A DNA stretch of 64,000 nucleotides from an uncultured candidatus Porisulfidus sp. (GCA_965116025.1 OZ220480.1:1824001-1888000), one strand, 5' to 3'; shown: positions 41,072 through 51,466, counted from the stretch's first letter. Numbers and translations are program-made. The notes: generated by a model from the sequence alone, not told the origin.

Positions 41072-42348
41072 GCGGCCAAACCCAGTCGGGTCACGCCGTT
41101 CATCCATGGCTCCAAACACTCTGGAATCCGCACGGTTCCATCCTCGCGCTGGTAATTTTCCAAAACGGCGACCAGCGCGCGGCCAACCGCTAAGCCAGAG
41201 CCATTCAGGGTATGCAGCAACCGTGGCGAGTCCCCAGGGGCGGGGCGGAAGCGGGCCTGGATTCTGCGCGCCTGGAAATCCCGGAAATTGCTGCAGGAAG
41301 AGATCTCCCGATAGGTGTTCTGACTCGGGATCCAGACTTCCAGATCATAGGTGCGCGCGGCAGCGAAACCCATGTCGCCACCGCACAGGGAAACCACCCG
41401 ATATGGCAGGCCCAGTTCCCGCAGGACGGCCTCCGCGTCCCTCGTCAGCATCTCCAAAGCCTCGTCCGAATCCCCCGGACGCGTGGCCATCACCAACTCC
41501 ACCTTCTCGAACTGGTGCTGCCGAATCATGCCTCGGGCGTCCATGCCGTACGAGCCCGCCTCGGCTCGAAAACATGGGGTGTGCGCGACCTTCTTCCAAG
41601 GCAACTCCGAAGCCTCCAGAATCGCGTCTCGCAATAGATTCGTCACCGGCACCTCGGCGGTAGGAATCAGAAAAAGCCGCTCGCCTTCCAGCGCGAACAG
41701 ATCCTCGCGAAACTTGGGTAGCTGGCCGGTTCCCTCCAGGCTGGCCGCGTTCACCAAATAAGGGACATAGCATTCCTGATAACCATGCCGGCGCGTATGC
41801 ATGTCCAGCATGAACTGGGTCAGCGCCCGGTGCAGAAGCGCCAGCTCGCCATGCAGCGTCGAGAAGCGCGCTCCAGACATGACCGCGGCGCGACGCGCGT
41901 CCAACAACCCCGCGCGCTCCCCCAGCCGCGCGTGGTCAAGCGGCTCGAATCCGAACTCCACGGGCTCGCCCCAACGGCGCGCTTCCACATTGCCCTCCGC
42001 GCCTTCGCCATCCGGGACTTCCGGATCCAGCAGATTCGGCACGCCGATCAGCCAGGCGTCTAGCCGCTCTCGAATCGATGCCAGCTCCGCCTGACGGCTT
42101 TTCATCTGGTCACCCAGATCCGACACCCGCTCCATCAGCTCGCTCGCGTCTTCGCCACGCCGCCGAACCTCGCCAATGCGCCGCGACAAATCGTTTCGCC
42201 GCGCTTGAAGGGACTCCGCGGCGCTCTGCGCGGACTTGCGCTCGGCCTCCAGTTCCGCGTAAACCGTCGCGTCGAAGGCGAATCCACGCCGGGACAGATT
42301 CTCCGCGACCGCGCGCGGGTTGGCGCGCAAGGCTTTCGGATCCAGCAT
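41068..42348 (-). CDS. serS: Serine--tRNA ligase
   Basis: LIPTAEVP, CFRAEAG, RQHQFEKVE, EISSCSN, LNGSGLAVGR. Confidence 0.98.
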   Translation of the reverse strand: MLDPKALRANPRAVAENLSRRGFAFDATVYAELEAERKSAQSAAESLQARRNDLSRRIGEVRRRGEDASELMERVSDLGDQMKSRQAELASIRERLDAWLIGVPNLLDPEVPDGEGAEGNVEARRWGEPVEFGFEPLDHARLGERAGLLDARRAAVMSGARFSTLHGELALLHRALTQFMLDMHTRRHGYQECYVPYLVNAASLEGTGQLPKFREDLFALEGERLFLIPTAEVPVTNLLRDAILEASELPWKKVAHTPCFRAEAGSYGMDARGMIRQHQFEKVELVMATRPGDSDEALEMLTRDAEAVLRELGLPYRVVSLCGGDMGFAAARTYDLEVWIPSQNTYREISSCSNFRDFQARRIQARFRPAPGDSPRLLHTLNGSGLAVGRALVAVLENYQREDGTVRIPECLEPWMNGVTRLGLAA

Positions 42349-42360
42349 GCGCGTGGCCGC

Positions 42361-42660
42361 CTACGCGCTCGGCGGTTTCCAAATTCCAAACGCCTTGGCA
42401 GGATCCGCGGGCCGCGGCGGGGTCCGGGGACGCGACTTATCGCTCACATCCTTCAGAACATGCTCGCTGAACTCGTTGATTTGCTTGAGCAATTCTTTCC
42501 TCTCCGAGGCGGGTTGATCGACGTTCGCGATCAACAGCCCGATGACCGCGGCGAAATACTGGGCGGCGATCACCGTGTCTTGACACTGATCATCATGCTC
42601 GCACAAGGAGCTCAGCAACTCCTTCACAAGTTCTCGACTCAGATTGATTTGTTTCTGCAT
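42361..42660 (-). CDS. Hypothetical 99-aa protein
   Basis: ATG at 42660 with GGAGG upstream; fills the gap between tRNA-Arg and serS; ends AFGIWKP. Confidence 0.7.
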   Translation of the reverse strand: MQKQINLSRELVKELLSSLCEHDDQCQDTVIAAQYFAAVIGLLIANVDQPASERKELLKQINEFSEHVLKDVSDKSRPRTPPRPADPAKAFGIWKPPSA

Positions 42661-42693
42661 CGGCTCGTCGCCTCCAAATTTTCGGTGAATGAG

Positions 42694-42770
42694 TGGCGCG
42701 CCCGGAGGGATTCGAACCCCCGACCTTGTGGTTCGTAGCCACACACTCTATCCAACTGAGCTACGGGCGC
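42694..42770 (-). tRNA. tRNA-Arg (anticodon ACG)
   Basis: GCGCCCGTAGCTCAGTTGGATAGAG...GGCTACGAACC...GGTTCGAATCC...GGGCGCGCCA; 77 nt with encoded CCA; TATAAT upstream at 42803-42808. Confidence 0.97.
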
Positions 42771-43223
42771 GCGTGAGATTAATGCCTAAATCAGGCGACG
42801 GAATTATAGCCGATGAGACATCCAACCGCCGACGCCAAGCGCGTTCCAGCGACGAGAAATCATCTCTCACGTCCTCTATTCGAGGAACAGCGAGCATTCA
42901 AACATACCGCTTCGAAGTCTATCTGGAGACCCGCGCCAATTGTGGCTGAAAACGAACGTCTCGCTGGAAAAGAACCGCTACCTCGCCAGAGCGTAAGCGA
43001 TGGGTCATCTCAAAATCCGCGATTTCAGGGCCTCGGGCCTCGGCGGTAGCGCTCCAAGGTGGCACTCGGGCATAATAGGGTCAACCTGCGAGCCAAAGCG
43101 GCTTTGAAGTTGCTCTCCAACCACTCTCCATCCGTCTATAGTCGCGAATCGAAGTCAGGTTTCAAAACAACCCATCGCTAATCGTTATTCGCCACGCCAA
43201 AGTCGAAATCCACGGATTCGATA

Positions 43224-45695
43224 GTGACCAAAGGAAGAAAAAGCCAGCGAATTCCACGCGGTGAACAGCCAAACGGTCGTAAGCCCGATACAGAACCGGG
43301 CATGACTGGCAGAGGAGCGACGTGGCCCGCCGACTGGTCCTTCCTGCGTCATAGCACCCTCATCCCGCTAGCGCTCGTGGCGCTGGTGGTGGCGAGCTAC
43401 TTTCCAGCGTTTTTCGCCGCGCTGGTCTGGGATGACGCGACGTTCACCGAGGCGCGACCGGTGCGGGAATGGTCCGGTCTCTGGCGTATCTGGTTCTCGC
43501 CAAGCCATCTCGAATCGGAAGGACACTACTGGCCGATCACATATACGACTTTCTGGCTGGAGCACAAAATCTGGGGCTTCGCCCCGGTCGGCTATCACGT
43601 GGTCAACCTCGCGCTGCATTTCGCCAACACCCTATTGCTACTCGCGCTATTGCGCCGGCTCACCGTGCCCGGCGCGCTCTTCGCGGCCGCGCTGTTCGCC
43701 GCGCATCCGGCGCACGTCGAGGCCGTCGTCTGGGTGATCGCGCGCAAAGACTTGCTGGCGACGTTATTCTTCCTCTCGTCCTGTTACGTCTGGATTCGAT
43801 TCGTGGTGCCCGCGCCCGGCGAGTCCAAGAGCGGGCGCGCCAAATTCTGGTTCTTGGCGTTCGCTCTCTATGTCGCGGGATTACTCAGCAAAACCGTAGC
43901 CGTCACCTTGCCGGCGACGCTGTTGATCTGGCACTGGTGGAAGCAAGATCGCGTGTCCATGCGCGACGCGCTTCGGCTATTGCCTTTCTTCGCGACCGGT
44001 CTGGCCATCGCCATCGTGGACACGACCTACTATTCCTCAAGGGAAGTCCTCTCCTTTGACTACTCGCTGATTGAGCGGCTGTTGCTCGCCGCCCAAGCGC
44101 TGGGATTCTATCTCGGCAAACTCGTTTGGCCGACGGACCTAGTCGTCATCTATCCGCATTGGGAGGTCAGCGTCGAGAGCGGGCTGGCGTGGCTATGCGC
44201 GGCGGGCATCGCCGCGGGGATTGGCGCCTTGTGGTTTCTGAGGCATCGCATAGGCAAGGGCCCGCTGGCGGCGACGCTTTTCTTCGTGGTCACGCTGACG
44301 CCGGTGCTTGGCCTCATCGACTATGGCTACATGAAGTTCTCCTTCGTCGCGGATCGTTACCAATATCTCGCGAGCGCCGGCATCCTGACGCTCTTCGCGG
44401 CTTTCGCGGCGGGCGCGCTGACGCGGCTACCGGCGACGGCGCCGCGCCAATTTATGCCGGTCGCGGCAATCGCGCTAGTCGCCACCCTGGGAACGCTGAC
44501 CTGGCGACAGGCGGAACTCTATCGGGATGCGGTAACCCTGTTCAGCCACATCACTGAAAACAACCCACAAGCGCGCAGCGGCTGGCACAACCTCGCTACC
44601 GCGCTCCTTGCGGAGCGACGCTACGAGGAAGCGCTTGACGCGGCCCGTCGCGCGGTCGCGACGCAACCGGACATCACCGCCGTATATGCCGTCGCCGGCA
44701 GCGCGCTGATCAAACTGGATCGCTTAGAAGAGGCGGAGGAGCTTCTGCGCGAAGGTCTGCGGCTCCAGCCAGGAGAACGCAACACCTTGCTGAATCTCGC
44801 CGAAGCGCTGAGACACCAAGATCGCCATGCGGAAGCCCTTCCGTATTATCAGACCGTGATCGAGAAGGATCCGAATCTGGTCAACGCCTATGTTGGTCTG
44901 GGCTCTTCGCTGAACGCGCTCAAAAGGCACGAGGAAGCCCGCGACTGGCTGACGCGGGGACTTTCCATAGATCCAAAAGCGGCGTCCGCGAACCACCTTC
45001 GCACGCTTTTGGGAGAATCCCTCGCGGGATTGGGCCGGAACGAGGAAGCGGAGCGTTATCTCCAGCGCGCGTTGCGGATGGCGCCGGAAAGGCCAGATAC
45101 GCTCGCGTCCTTGGCGAACATGAAACTTTCGCGAGGACGTTTCGAGGAAGCGCTGGATTTGCTGACCCGGCTACTCGCCCTTGAGCCCGACAATCCGTCC
45201 ATTCATCTCGGGGTTGGCCGCGCCCTGTCCGGCCTCGCTCGTCACGATGAGGCGCGAGCCCAGCTGGAGCGAGCGCTGGATCTGAAGCCGGCGGGAACGC
45301 TCGCGGCCGATATCCAAGCCCTGCTCGGGCGGACCCTGCGCGCGCTAGGCGAGCCGGACGCGGCGGAACGTCATTTCGAGCGCGCGTTGCGAACTGATCC
45401 ACGGCATGCGGAAACGCTCGTCGAGGTCGGAAATTTGCGACTCGCGCAGGGACGTTTCGAGGAAGCGCTAACCTTGTTGCGAACGCTCGCCGAAATCCAC
45501 CCCGACACCGCCTCAGTGCACGGCGGGATCGGCATTGCGCTGGTCGGTCTGGAAAGAAAAGTGGAAGCGCTCGCCGCGTTCAACCGAGCATTGTCGCTTG
45601 ATCCATCACAGGAAGTGCTACGCGTCGAGCACGAGAGAGTTCGCCTCGCGATTGAGCGGGAGAGACAGGAAACAAGCATGGGTATCAAAGACTGA
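43224..45695 (+). CDS. TMTC-like GT-C membrane glycosyltransferase with C-terminal TPR array (start may be 43302)
   Basis: Multi-TM N-terminus with WDD, YWPI, YHVVNLALH, HPAHVEAV..ARKDLL, LSK and ADRYQYL motifs, followed by roughly 10 TPR repeats. Confidence 0.82.
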   Translation: MTKGRKSQRIPRGEQPNGRKPDTEPGMTGRGATWPADWSFLRHSTLIPLALVALVVASYFPAFFAALVWDDATFTEARPVREWSGLWRIWFSPSHLESEGHYWPITYTTFWLEHKIWGFAPVGYHVVNLALHFANTLLLLALLRRLTVPGALFAAALFAAHPAHVEAVVWVIARKDLLATLFFLSSCYVWIRFVVPAPGESKSGRAKFWFLAFALYVAGLLSKTVAVTLPATLLIWHWWKQDRVSMRDALRLLPFFATGLAIAIVDTTYYSSREVLSFDYSLIERLLLAAQALGFYLGKLVWPTDLVVIYPHWEVSVESGLAWLCAAGIAAGIGALWFLRHRIGKGPLAATLFFVVTLTPVLGLIDYGYMKFSFVADRYQYLASAGILTLFAAFAAGALTRLPATAPRQFMPVAAIALVATLGTLTWRQAELYRDAVTLFSHITENNPQARSGWHNLATALLAERRYEEALDAARRAVATQPDITAVYAVAGSALIKLDRLEEAEELLREGLRLQPGERNTLLNLAEALRHQDRHAEALPYYQTVIEKDPNLVNAYVGLGSSLNALKRHEEARDWLTRGLSIDPKAASANHLRTLLGESLAGLGRNEEAERYLQRALRMAPERPDTLASLANMKLSRGRFEEALDLLTRLLALEPDNPSIHLGVGRALSGLARHDEARAQLERALDLKPAGTLAADIQALLGRTLRALGEPDAAERHFERALRTDPRHAETLVEVGNLRLAQGRFEEALTLLRTLAEIHPDTASVHGGIGIALVGLERKVEALAAFNRALSLDPSQEVLRVEHERVRLAIERERQETSMGIKD

Positions 45696-45790
45696 CGTGC
45701 CGAGAATTGGACGCGATAATCCGCGAATTCGAAATCGTCTTGGGCCCGAAGGCCGGGGAGTAAACCTGCCGTGAAAAGCCCGCTCGCGTG

Positions 45791-46237
45791 TCAATGACAT
45801 GCCTGTCCGAGCGCCTTGAGTCGCCAGTAGTTATACGGCCAAGGAGTCAGGAATCCCACTGCCAAAGCCGGTGGCACCGACCACCAGCGCAGCTGCAGGC
45901 TACCGACCAGCAGCCAATCCGTGAAGTTCATCGCGATCTCCATCGACACCATGCTGATCAGGCTCATGCCCGTCGCCGTGCGCAAGGCGACCGCGAACGG
46001 CATCCTTCGCATCAACAGAATAGTCTCCAGAAAGATGCTCGTCAGAATGCCATTGAGCATGGCCAGCGCCAGCACCAGCCAAGGCGAAACATCGATTTGA
46101 TAGTGCTGAAAATAGTAAATCGTGCCGAAATCGCCGATCGCGCAACCGAACAGGCACCACATCGTGTTGTAGGCGGACTGCCCCCAAGTATGGCGACATC
46201 GCCAGTCAATGGCGTGCCAAGGCTCGGCCTGTTCCAC
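45791..46237 (-). CDS. DUF4396 family membrane protein
   Basis: TMWCLFGCAIGDFG, MSLISMVSMEIAMN, GFLTPWPYNYWRL. Confidence 0.8.
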   Translation of the reverse strand: MEQAEPWHAIDWRCRHTWGQSAYNTMWCLFGCAIGDFGTIYYFQHYQIDVSPWLVLALAMLNGILTSIFLETILLMRRMPFAVALRTATGMSLISMVSMEIAMNFTDWLLVGSLQLRWWSVPPALAVGFLTPWPYNYWRLKALGQACH

Positions 46238-46240
46238 GAA

Positions 46241-46585
46241 TCAGCCGGGCGGCCAACCGAACGGTCGACCCGCCAGTAGATGCACGTGCAAATGGAAGAC
46301 CGACTGTCCGGCCTCGGCGCCGTTGTTGATCACGGTACGAAAAGCGTTCCGACAACCCAGTTGTTCCGCCACTTTCCCGGCCACCAGCAACAAATGGCCC
46401 AACATCTCCTGATTCTCATCCTTCGCGCTCGCCAATCGATCCAGAGGCTCTCGCGGCACGATCAGCACGTGCGTGGGCGCCTGCGGATTAACGTCGCGGA
46501 AAGCGACGCAGATCTCGTCCTCATAGACGAAATCCGCGGGAATCTCGCGCGCGATGATCCTCTGGAACAGGGTCGGCTCGGTCAT
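46241..46585 (-). CDS. hinT: Histidine triad nucleotide-binding protein
   Basis: LFQRIIAREIPA, AFRDVNPQAPTHVL, GQSVFHLHVHLLAGR. Confidence 0.95.
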   Translation of the reverse strand: MTEPTLFQRIIAREIPADFVYEDEICVAFRDVNPQAPTHVLIVPREPLDRLASAKDENQEMLGHLLLVAGKVAEQLGCRNAFRTVINNGAEAGQSVFHLHVHLLAGRPFGWPPG

Positions 46586-46605
46586 GCTCGCGTGGCCACG
46601 CGCCC

Positions 46606-47100
46606 TCACTGCTCGGCATGCGCGCGAACGCGCCACAGCAACGCCTCGATCAACTCTCCGCGAAGCTCCTTCTTCAGCATCGCCCTCTCCTCGTCGGCCG
46701 CGAGGTATTTGTCTGAATCGAACACCCAATGCCGATAGCGCGACAGCGTAGACGGAGGCGATGCCTTTTCGCCTGGACGCTGGAAGCGCACGGTCAAGTG
46801 CAGGCCAACCTCGTATTCCCGAGCGTCCATGTCAGGAGTCACGGCGATCACCTGATGACGCTCCCGCGGACCGTCCAGATGGACGATCAAGTCAGCACCC
46901 GCTTCGCTCGAAAGTATTTTCACGCCACCACCGCGCAATCGACCCATGAGCGCATGCCGAAACTCTGGCGAGCCTCCAATCAGTTGAAGCGAAGACTGCG
47001 GGATCTGGGTGGCGCCACCCTTGGAATCCGCCAACTGGAATCCGCAACCACCCAGAGCAAGGCAGAAAACCGCCACCAGCGGGAGGACGCGATCACGCAT
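46606..47100 (-). CDS. lptE: LPS assembly lipoprotein LptE
   Basis: Lipobox LGGCGFQL; immediately downstream of leuS. Confidence 0.88.
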   Translation of the reverse strand: MRDRVLPLVAVFCLALGGCGFQLADSKGGATQIPQSSLQLIGGSPEFRHALMGRLRGGGVKILSSEAGADLIVHLDGPRERHQVIAVTPDMDAREYEVGLHLTVRFQRPGEKASPPSTLSRYRHWVFDSDKYLAADEERAMLKKELRGELIEALLWRVRAHAEQ

Positions 47101-49525
47101 CGCGCACCACCACGTTAACGAGTTTGCGCGGAACATGAATAGTGCGGATCACGGTTTTTCCCTCAGTGAAACGTCGCACTTTATCATCATCCAAGGCCGC
47201 GCGACGTATTTCGTCCTCGCCAGCGTCCACGGCCAGATCCAGTCTCGCGCGGACTTTTCCATTCACTTGCACCACGATCCGCTCGACCGAGCGCTCCAAT
47301 GCGGTCTCGTCGGCCTTGGGCCAAGGTTGATCCAGAATCGCTTCGCCGAGCCCGAGCGCGCGCCAAAGCGCGTGAGACAAATGCGGAGTGATTGGTGCCA
47401 GCATGCGCAGCATCGCGTCCAGAGCTTCGCGCGTCAGGGCCGGTTCCGCCTCGCCCTCGTCGGAGAGACGCATCAGGTCGTTGAGCAGTTCCATATTAGC
47501 GGCGATCACCGTATTGAACGTATGCCGCCGATCAATCACGCGGCCGGATTTCTGGATCGCTTCATGCAGCTTGCGCCGGAAATCTTTCTGCCGCGGGACC
47601 AACCCATCGGCATCGACGCTTCCCGCGGACGCGCAATCGAGATTCTCGTGGACGAATCGCCAAAGCCTGTTGAGAAACCTGGAGCATCCCTCAACCCCGC
47701 TGTCGGACCATTCCAGAGTGTGCTCGGGCGGCGAGGCGAACAGCACGAACAAACGCACCGTGTCCGCGCCGTAGCGCTTGATCAATGGCTCCGGGTCCAC
47801 CACATTGCCTCGCGACTTCGACATCTTGTGCCCGTCCTTGAGCACCATGCCTTGGGTCAGAAGGCGCGCGAATGGCTCGTCGCCCTCCACCAGTCCCTCG
47901 TCGCGCATCAATTTATGAAAGAACCTCGCGTACAAAAGATGCAGGATGGCATGCTCGATTCCCCCTATGTACTGATCGACCGGAAGCCAGTAGCGAGCGC
48001 GGTCATCCAGCATCGCGTCGGCGTCATAGGAGCAGAATCTCGCTTGATACCAGCTGGACTCCACGAACGTATCGAACGTGTCCATGTCGTGACGCGCCAT
48101 CCGCCCGCACTTAGGGCAAGGCGCCATTTTCCATTCCTCGGGCCGCTCCGCCTCCGGTGACAGAGTCTCGTCGAGCATGACCGGAAGGTCTTCTTCCGCA
48201 ACCGGCACCACGCCGCACTCGTCGCAATGGAGCATGGGCACCGGGCACCCCCAGCGTCTTTGCCGAGAGACGCCCCAGTCATGCAAGCGATAGCGCGTGA
48301 CGGCCTCCCCACAACCGCGTTCGGACAGGCGGCGCGTGATCGCCACGCCCCCCTCCTCGGAGCTCATGCCATCGAATTCTCCAGAATTGACCAACGCGCC
48401 TTGGTCCGTGAACGCTTCGGAGTCGAGACTGACCTCCGCGCCCTCCGACGGAACGACGACCTGCCGAACTGGCAAACCGTGGCGCCGCGCGAATTCCCAA
48501 TCGCGCTGATCATGGGCCGGCACCGACATCACCGCTCCAGAGCCATACTCCATCAACACGAAATTCGCGGTCCACACCGGCAACTTCTCTCCAGTCAGCG
48601 GATGCAGCGCGTTCAACCCCAGCGGATGGCCATTCCTGTCCTTACTCGATTCCTCTCGCGGCCGCGCGGCGTGGTTCAGGAACTCACGCAATGACTCGTT
48701 CGTGCGCGAGATATCCTGAACGATCTGGTGCCCTGGGGCCAACGCCATGTAGGTCACCCCCATCAGAGTGTCCGGGCGCGTTGTGAAGACCGTCAGTGGA
48801 TCTTTCCGTCCTTCTAGGGAAAATCGTATTTCCACCCCCTCTGAGCGGCCGATCCAGTTTCTTTGCATCTGCAGAACCTGATGAGGCCACTGGCCTTCCA
48901 GCCGATCCAGATCTTCCAGCAATTCCTCCGCATAATCGGTGATTCTCAAAAACCACTGCGCCACCTCTCGTTGCTCGACGAGGGCACCGGAGCGCCAGCC
49001 CCTGCCCTCGATCACTTGCTCGTTCGCGAGAACCGTTTGGTCGACCGGGTCCCAGTTGACCAAGGCTTTTTTTCGGTACGCTAGCCCCTTCTTGAACAGT
49101 CGAATGAAAAACCACTGCTCCCACCGATAGTATTCTGGATCGCAGGTCGCCAATTCGCGACGCCAGTCGTAGCCGAATCCCAAGCGCCGCAGCTGCCCAC
49201 GCATGGCCTGGATGTTTTCCCGGGTCCACGCGCCGGGAAGCACCCCGCGGTCCAGCGCGGCGTTTTCCGCTGGCAACCCGAAAGCGTCCCATCCCATCGG
49301 TTGCAAAACGTTATCGCCCCGCATCCGACGGTAGCGCGCGATGGAGTCCCCGATCGTGTAGTTACGGACGTGCCCCATGTGTAGCCGGCCACTGGGGTAC
49401 GGAAACATGGACAGGCAGTAAAATTTCCGCTCGCCTGGCCTCTCGCGCGCGGAGAAGCACTCGTTATTCCGCCAGTATTCTTGGGCTTCCTGCTCTACGG
49501 ATTCAGGATCGTAGCGTTCCTGCAT
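47093..49525 (-). CDS. leuS: Leucine--tRNA ligase
   Basis: True start MQERYDP at 49525; MFPYPSGRLHMGH, editing domain FTTRPDT, KMSKS, VQVNGKVR. Confidence 0.98.
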   Translation of the reverse strand: MQERYDPESVEQEAQEYWRNNECFSARERPGERKFYCLSMFPYPSGRLHMGHVRNYTIGDSIARYRRMRGDNVLQPMGWDAFGLPAENAALDRGVLPGAWTRENIQAMRGQLRRLGFGYDWRRELATCDPEYYRWEQWFFIRLFKKGLAYRKKALVNWDPVDQTVLANEQVIEGRGWRSGALVEQREVAQWFLRITDYAEELLEDLDRLEGQWPHQVLQMQRNWIGRSEGVEIRFSLEGRKDPLTVFTTRPDTLMGVTYMALAPGHQIVQDISRTNESLREFLNHAARPREESSKDRNGHPLGLNALHPLTGEKLPVWTANFVLMEYGSGAVMSVPAHDQRDWEFARRHGLPVRQVVVPSEGAEVSLDSEAFTDQGALVNSGEFDGMSSEEGGVAITRRLSERGCGEAVTRYRLHDWGVSRQRRWGCPVPMLHCDECGVVPVAEEDLPVMLDETLSPEAERPEEWKMAPCPKCGRMARHDMDTFDTFVESSWYQARFCSYDADAMLDDRARYWLPVDQYIGGIEHAILHLLYARFFHKLMRDEGLVEGDEPFARLLTQGMVLKDGHKMSKSRGNVVDPEPLIKRYGADTVRLFVLFASPPEHTLEWSDSGVEGCSRFLNRLWRFVHENLDCASAGSVDADGLVPRQKDFRRKLHEAIQKSGRVIDRRHTFNTVIAANMELLNDLMRLSDEGEAEPALTREALDAMLRMLAPITPHLSHALWRALGLGEAILDQPWPKADETALERSVERIVVQVNGKVRARLDLAVDAGEDEIRRAALDDDKVRRFTEGKTVIRTIHVPRKLVNVVVRDA

Positions 49526-49602
49526 GCGAAATAACGCGAGATATCTGGATGATCTGCTGGCGCATATTACCATCCGCGCCCTTTTTCGCGCATGCGGGAA
49601 GT

Positions 49603-51466
49603 CCTCGATATCCGAGCTATAGGAGTGGAGGTCCCGGCTGATGCCGATTCCACCGAGGGAATCCGGTAGAATGGAGATAGAAAAGCGTTCACCCATTGGG
49701 TGAACGAAACGACAACCAACCGGGAGCCTCATTATATGTCGAAATTCACCTCTCCGGTCGTCGTCACCGGCGACGACAAGATGAGCCGCGTCAGCCCCGA
49801 CGGCGGCGCCATCATGCTGCTGGAGCTGCTGGGCAAGGCCCAGATCCTGCGCGACCTTCCGCGGTCCCTGCCAGAGCCGTCGCGAGGCTGGACCAGCGGG
49901 CAGATGCTGCTGACCCTGCTGCTGCTCAACGGGCTGGATCACGAATGCGTCTCGGACGTGGACGAGCTGGAGGACAACGAGGGTCTGCGCGAGCTGGTTC
50001 GCCTGCATGAGCCGGGCCTGCTGGGGGTCGAGGAGGAGGAGCTGGCGGCGCGCTTTCGAGGCGGGCGCGGGCGCGTCTTCCCGTCGGCGAGCTCGCTGCA
50101 TGACTGGCTGCGGCGCTTCCACGACATGGACGCCGACCCGGAGAGCGCGGACCCGCGCCCGTCCCAAGCGTTGGGGCTGATCCACGAGGCGCGGTGGCGG
50201 CTGGCGAAGTTCCTGATCCGGGCGCGCGGCCTGAAGGAGCTGACGCTGGACATGGACGCGACCATCGTCCGGTCGGGCAAGCGGGAGGCGCGCCCGACCT
50301 ACCGCGCCGCGACCGGGGCGGTTCCGGGGGAGCGGGGCTACCAGCCGCTGGTGGTGTACTGCCAGGAGCTGGAGATGGTGCTGGAGACGGAGTTCCGCCC
50401 GGGCAGCGTTCCGGCGTCGAAGCGGAACCTGGAGCTGCTGAAGAAGACGCTGGCGAAGCTGCCGCCGCAGATCACTCAGGTGAACTACCGCTCCGACGGC
50501 GCGGGCTATCAGCGCAAGCTGACGCGCTTCCTGAACGATCCGAAATCGAGGCCGAAGCGGTTCCGCCGCTTCGGGCCGATCCCGTTCGTGATCTCGGCGC
50601 CGCGGGACGCGCGCTCGCGCGCGAGCGTGGAGCGGGCGACCGACTGGAAGCCGGTCCCGGGGAAGCCGGGAATGGAATGCGCGGAGCTGGACTTCCTGCC
50701 GGAGTGGACCTGGCAGGATCGGTCGCCATTGCTTCGCTACGTCGCGACCCGAACCGCGCTGGAGGGCGAGCTGGGGGTGGGCCACGACGAGATCCCGGCG
50801 GGAGGCGGGCGCGCGGCCTCCCGCTTCCGCGTCTACGTCACCAACTTCCCGCATCGGAACGCCCCGCGGGAGGGGGCCGGGAAGTGCGTGATGGACGCGG
50901 CGACCGTGGCGCGCTTCGCGCATGAGCGATGCGGGCGCGGGGAGCGGATCCACTCCGTGCTCAAGCGCGACATGGCGGGCGGGCGGATGCCGTCGGGCAA
51001 GTTCGCGGTGAACGCGGCGTGGTGGCATCTGGCGGCGCTGGCGGCCAACCTGTGCTCGGCGGTGCGGTACTGCGCGCTGGGGCGGAACTGGCTGCGGGCG
51101 CGGATGAAGCGAGTGCGGCGGCGCTGCCTGCGGCTGGCGGCGCGGATCGTTCGCCACGCGCGCAACGTGGAGCTGCGGTTCTCGACGAAGGACGCGGAGT
51201 TCATCAAGCGGGCGCTGCTGCGGATCCACTGCGCCTGTCCGCCGGGCGACACGTCCTGACCCTGCGGGTCGGCGCTCTTCCACCCCGATCTGACCTCGCC
51301 GCCTCGCGCGGCTAGCGGAGCCCTGCGCGGGGGCGAGTTTTTCGTCAGAAAACGCCCCGAGAGCGCTCGCTTTCGACCCGAAATCGCGCCGAATCCTCGC
51401 CGCCGAGCCCGCGCGAAATCCCGGACCGCCCAAAATCGTCAGAATCGATTAGCTCGGAGATCGAGG
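49603..51466 (+). mobile_element. Complete IS1380-family insertion sequence (1864 bp)
   Basis: 17-bp IRs with one mismatch (cctcgatatccgagcta 49603-49619 / tagctcggagatcgagg 51450-51466); 5-bp target duplication GAAGT (49598-49602, 51467-51471). Confidence 0.93.
49736..51259 (+). CDS. IS1380-family transposase (start 49700 or 49736)
   Basis: LTLDMDAT, GYQPL, RSDGAG, RGERIHSVLK, PSGKFAVNAAW. Confidence 0.88.
   Translation: MSKFTSPVVVTGDDKMSRVSPDGGAIMLLELLGKAQILRDLPRSLPEPSRGWTSGQMLLTLLLLNGLDHECVSDVDELEDNEGLRELVRLHEPGLLGVEEEELAARFRGGRGRVFPSASSLHDWLRRFHDMDADPESADPRPSQALGLIHEARWRLAKFLIRARGLKELTLDMDATIVRSGKREARPTYRAATGAVPGERGYQPLVVYCQELEMVLETEFRPGSVPASKRNLELLKKTLAKLPPQITQVNYRSDGAGYQRKLTRFLNDPKSRPKRFRRFGPIPFVISAPRDARSRASVERATDWKPVPGKPGMECAELDFLPEWTWQDRSPLLRYVATRTALEGELGVGHDEIPAGGGRAASRFRVYVTNFPHRNAPREGAGKCVMDAATVARFAHERCGRGERIHSVLKRDMAGGRMPSGKFAVNAAWWHLAALAANLCSAVRYCALGRNWLRARMKRVRRRCLRLAARIVRHARNVELRFSTKDAEFIKRALLRIHCACPPGDTS

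Noticed and set aside
42844-42969. 9-bp inverted repeat (ttccagcga / tcgctggaa) suggesting a MITE
   Set aside because: Too short, no target duplication, and no second copy seen in the window.
42694-45695. tRNA-Arg as an integration site for the TPR gene
   Set aside because: The TPR gene is on the tRNA 5' side, there is no integrase, and I found no duplicated tRNA 3' end.
47093-51433. 1446-aa ORF suggesting a giant LeuRS fusion
   Set aside because: The extension is the stop-free antisense frame of the IS1380 transposase running in frame into leuS. LeuRS homology begins at MQERYDP (49525), which has its own -10 element.
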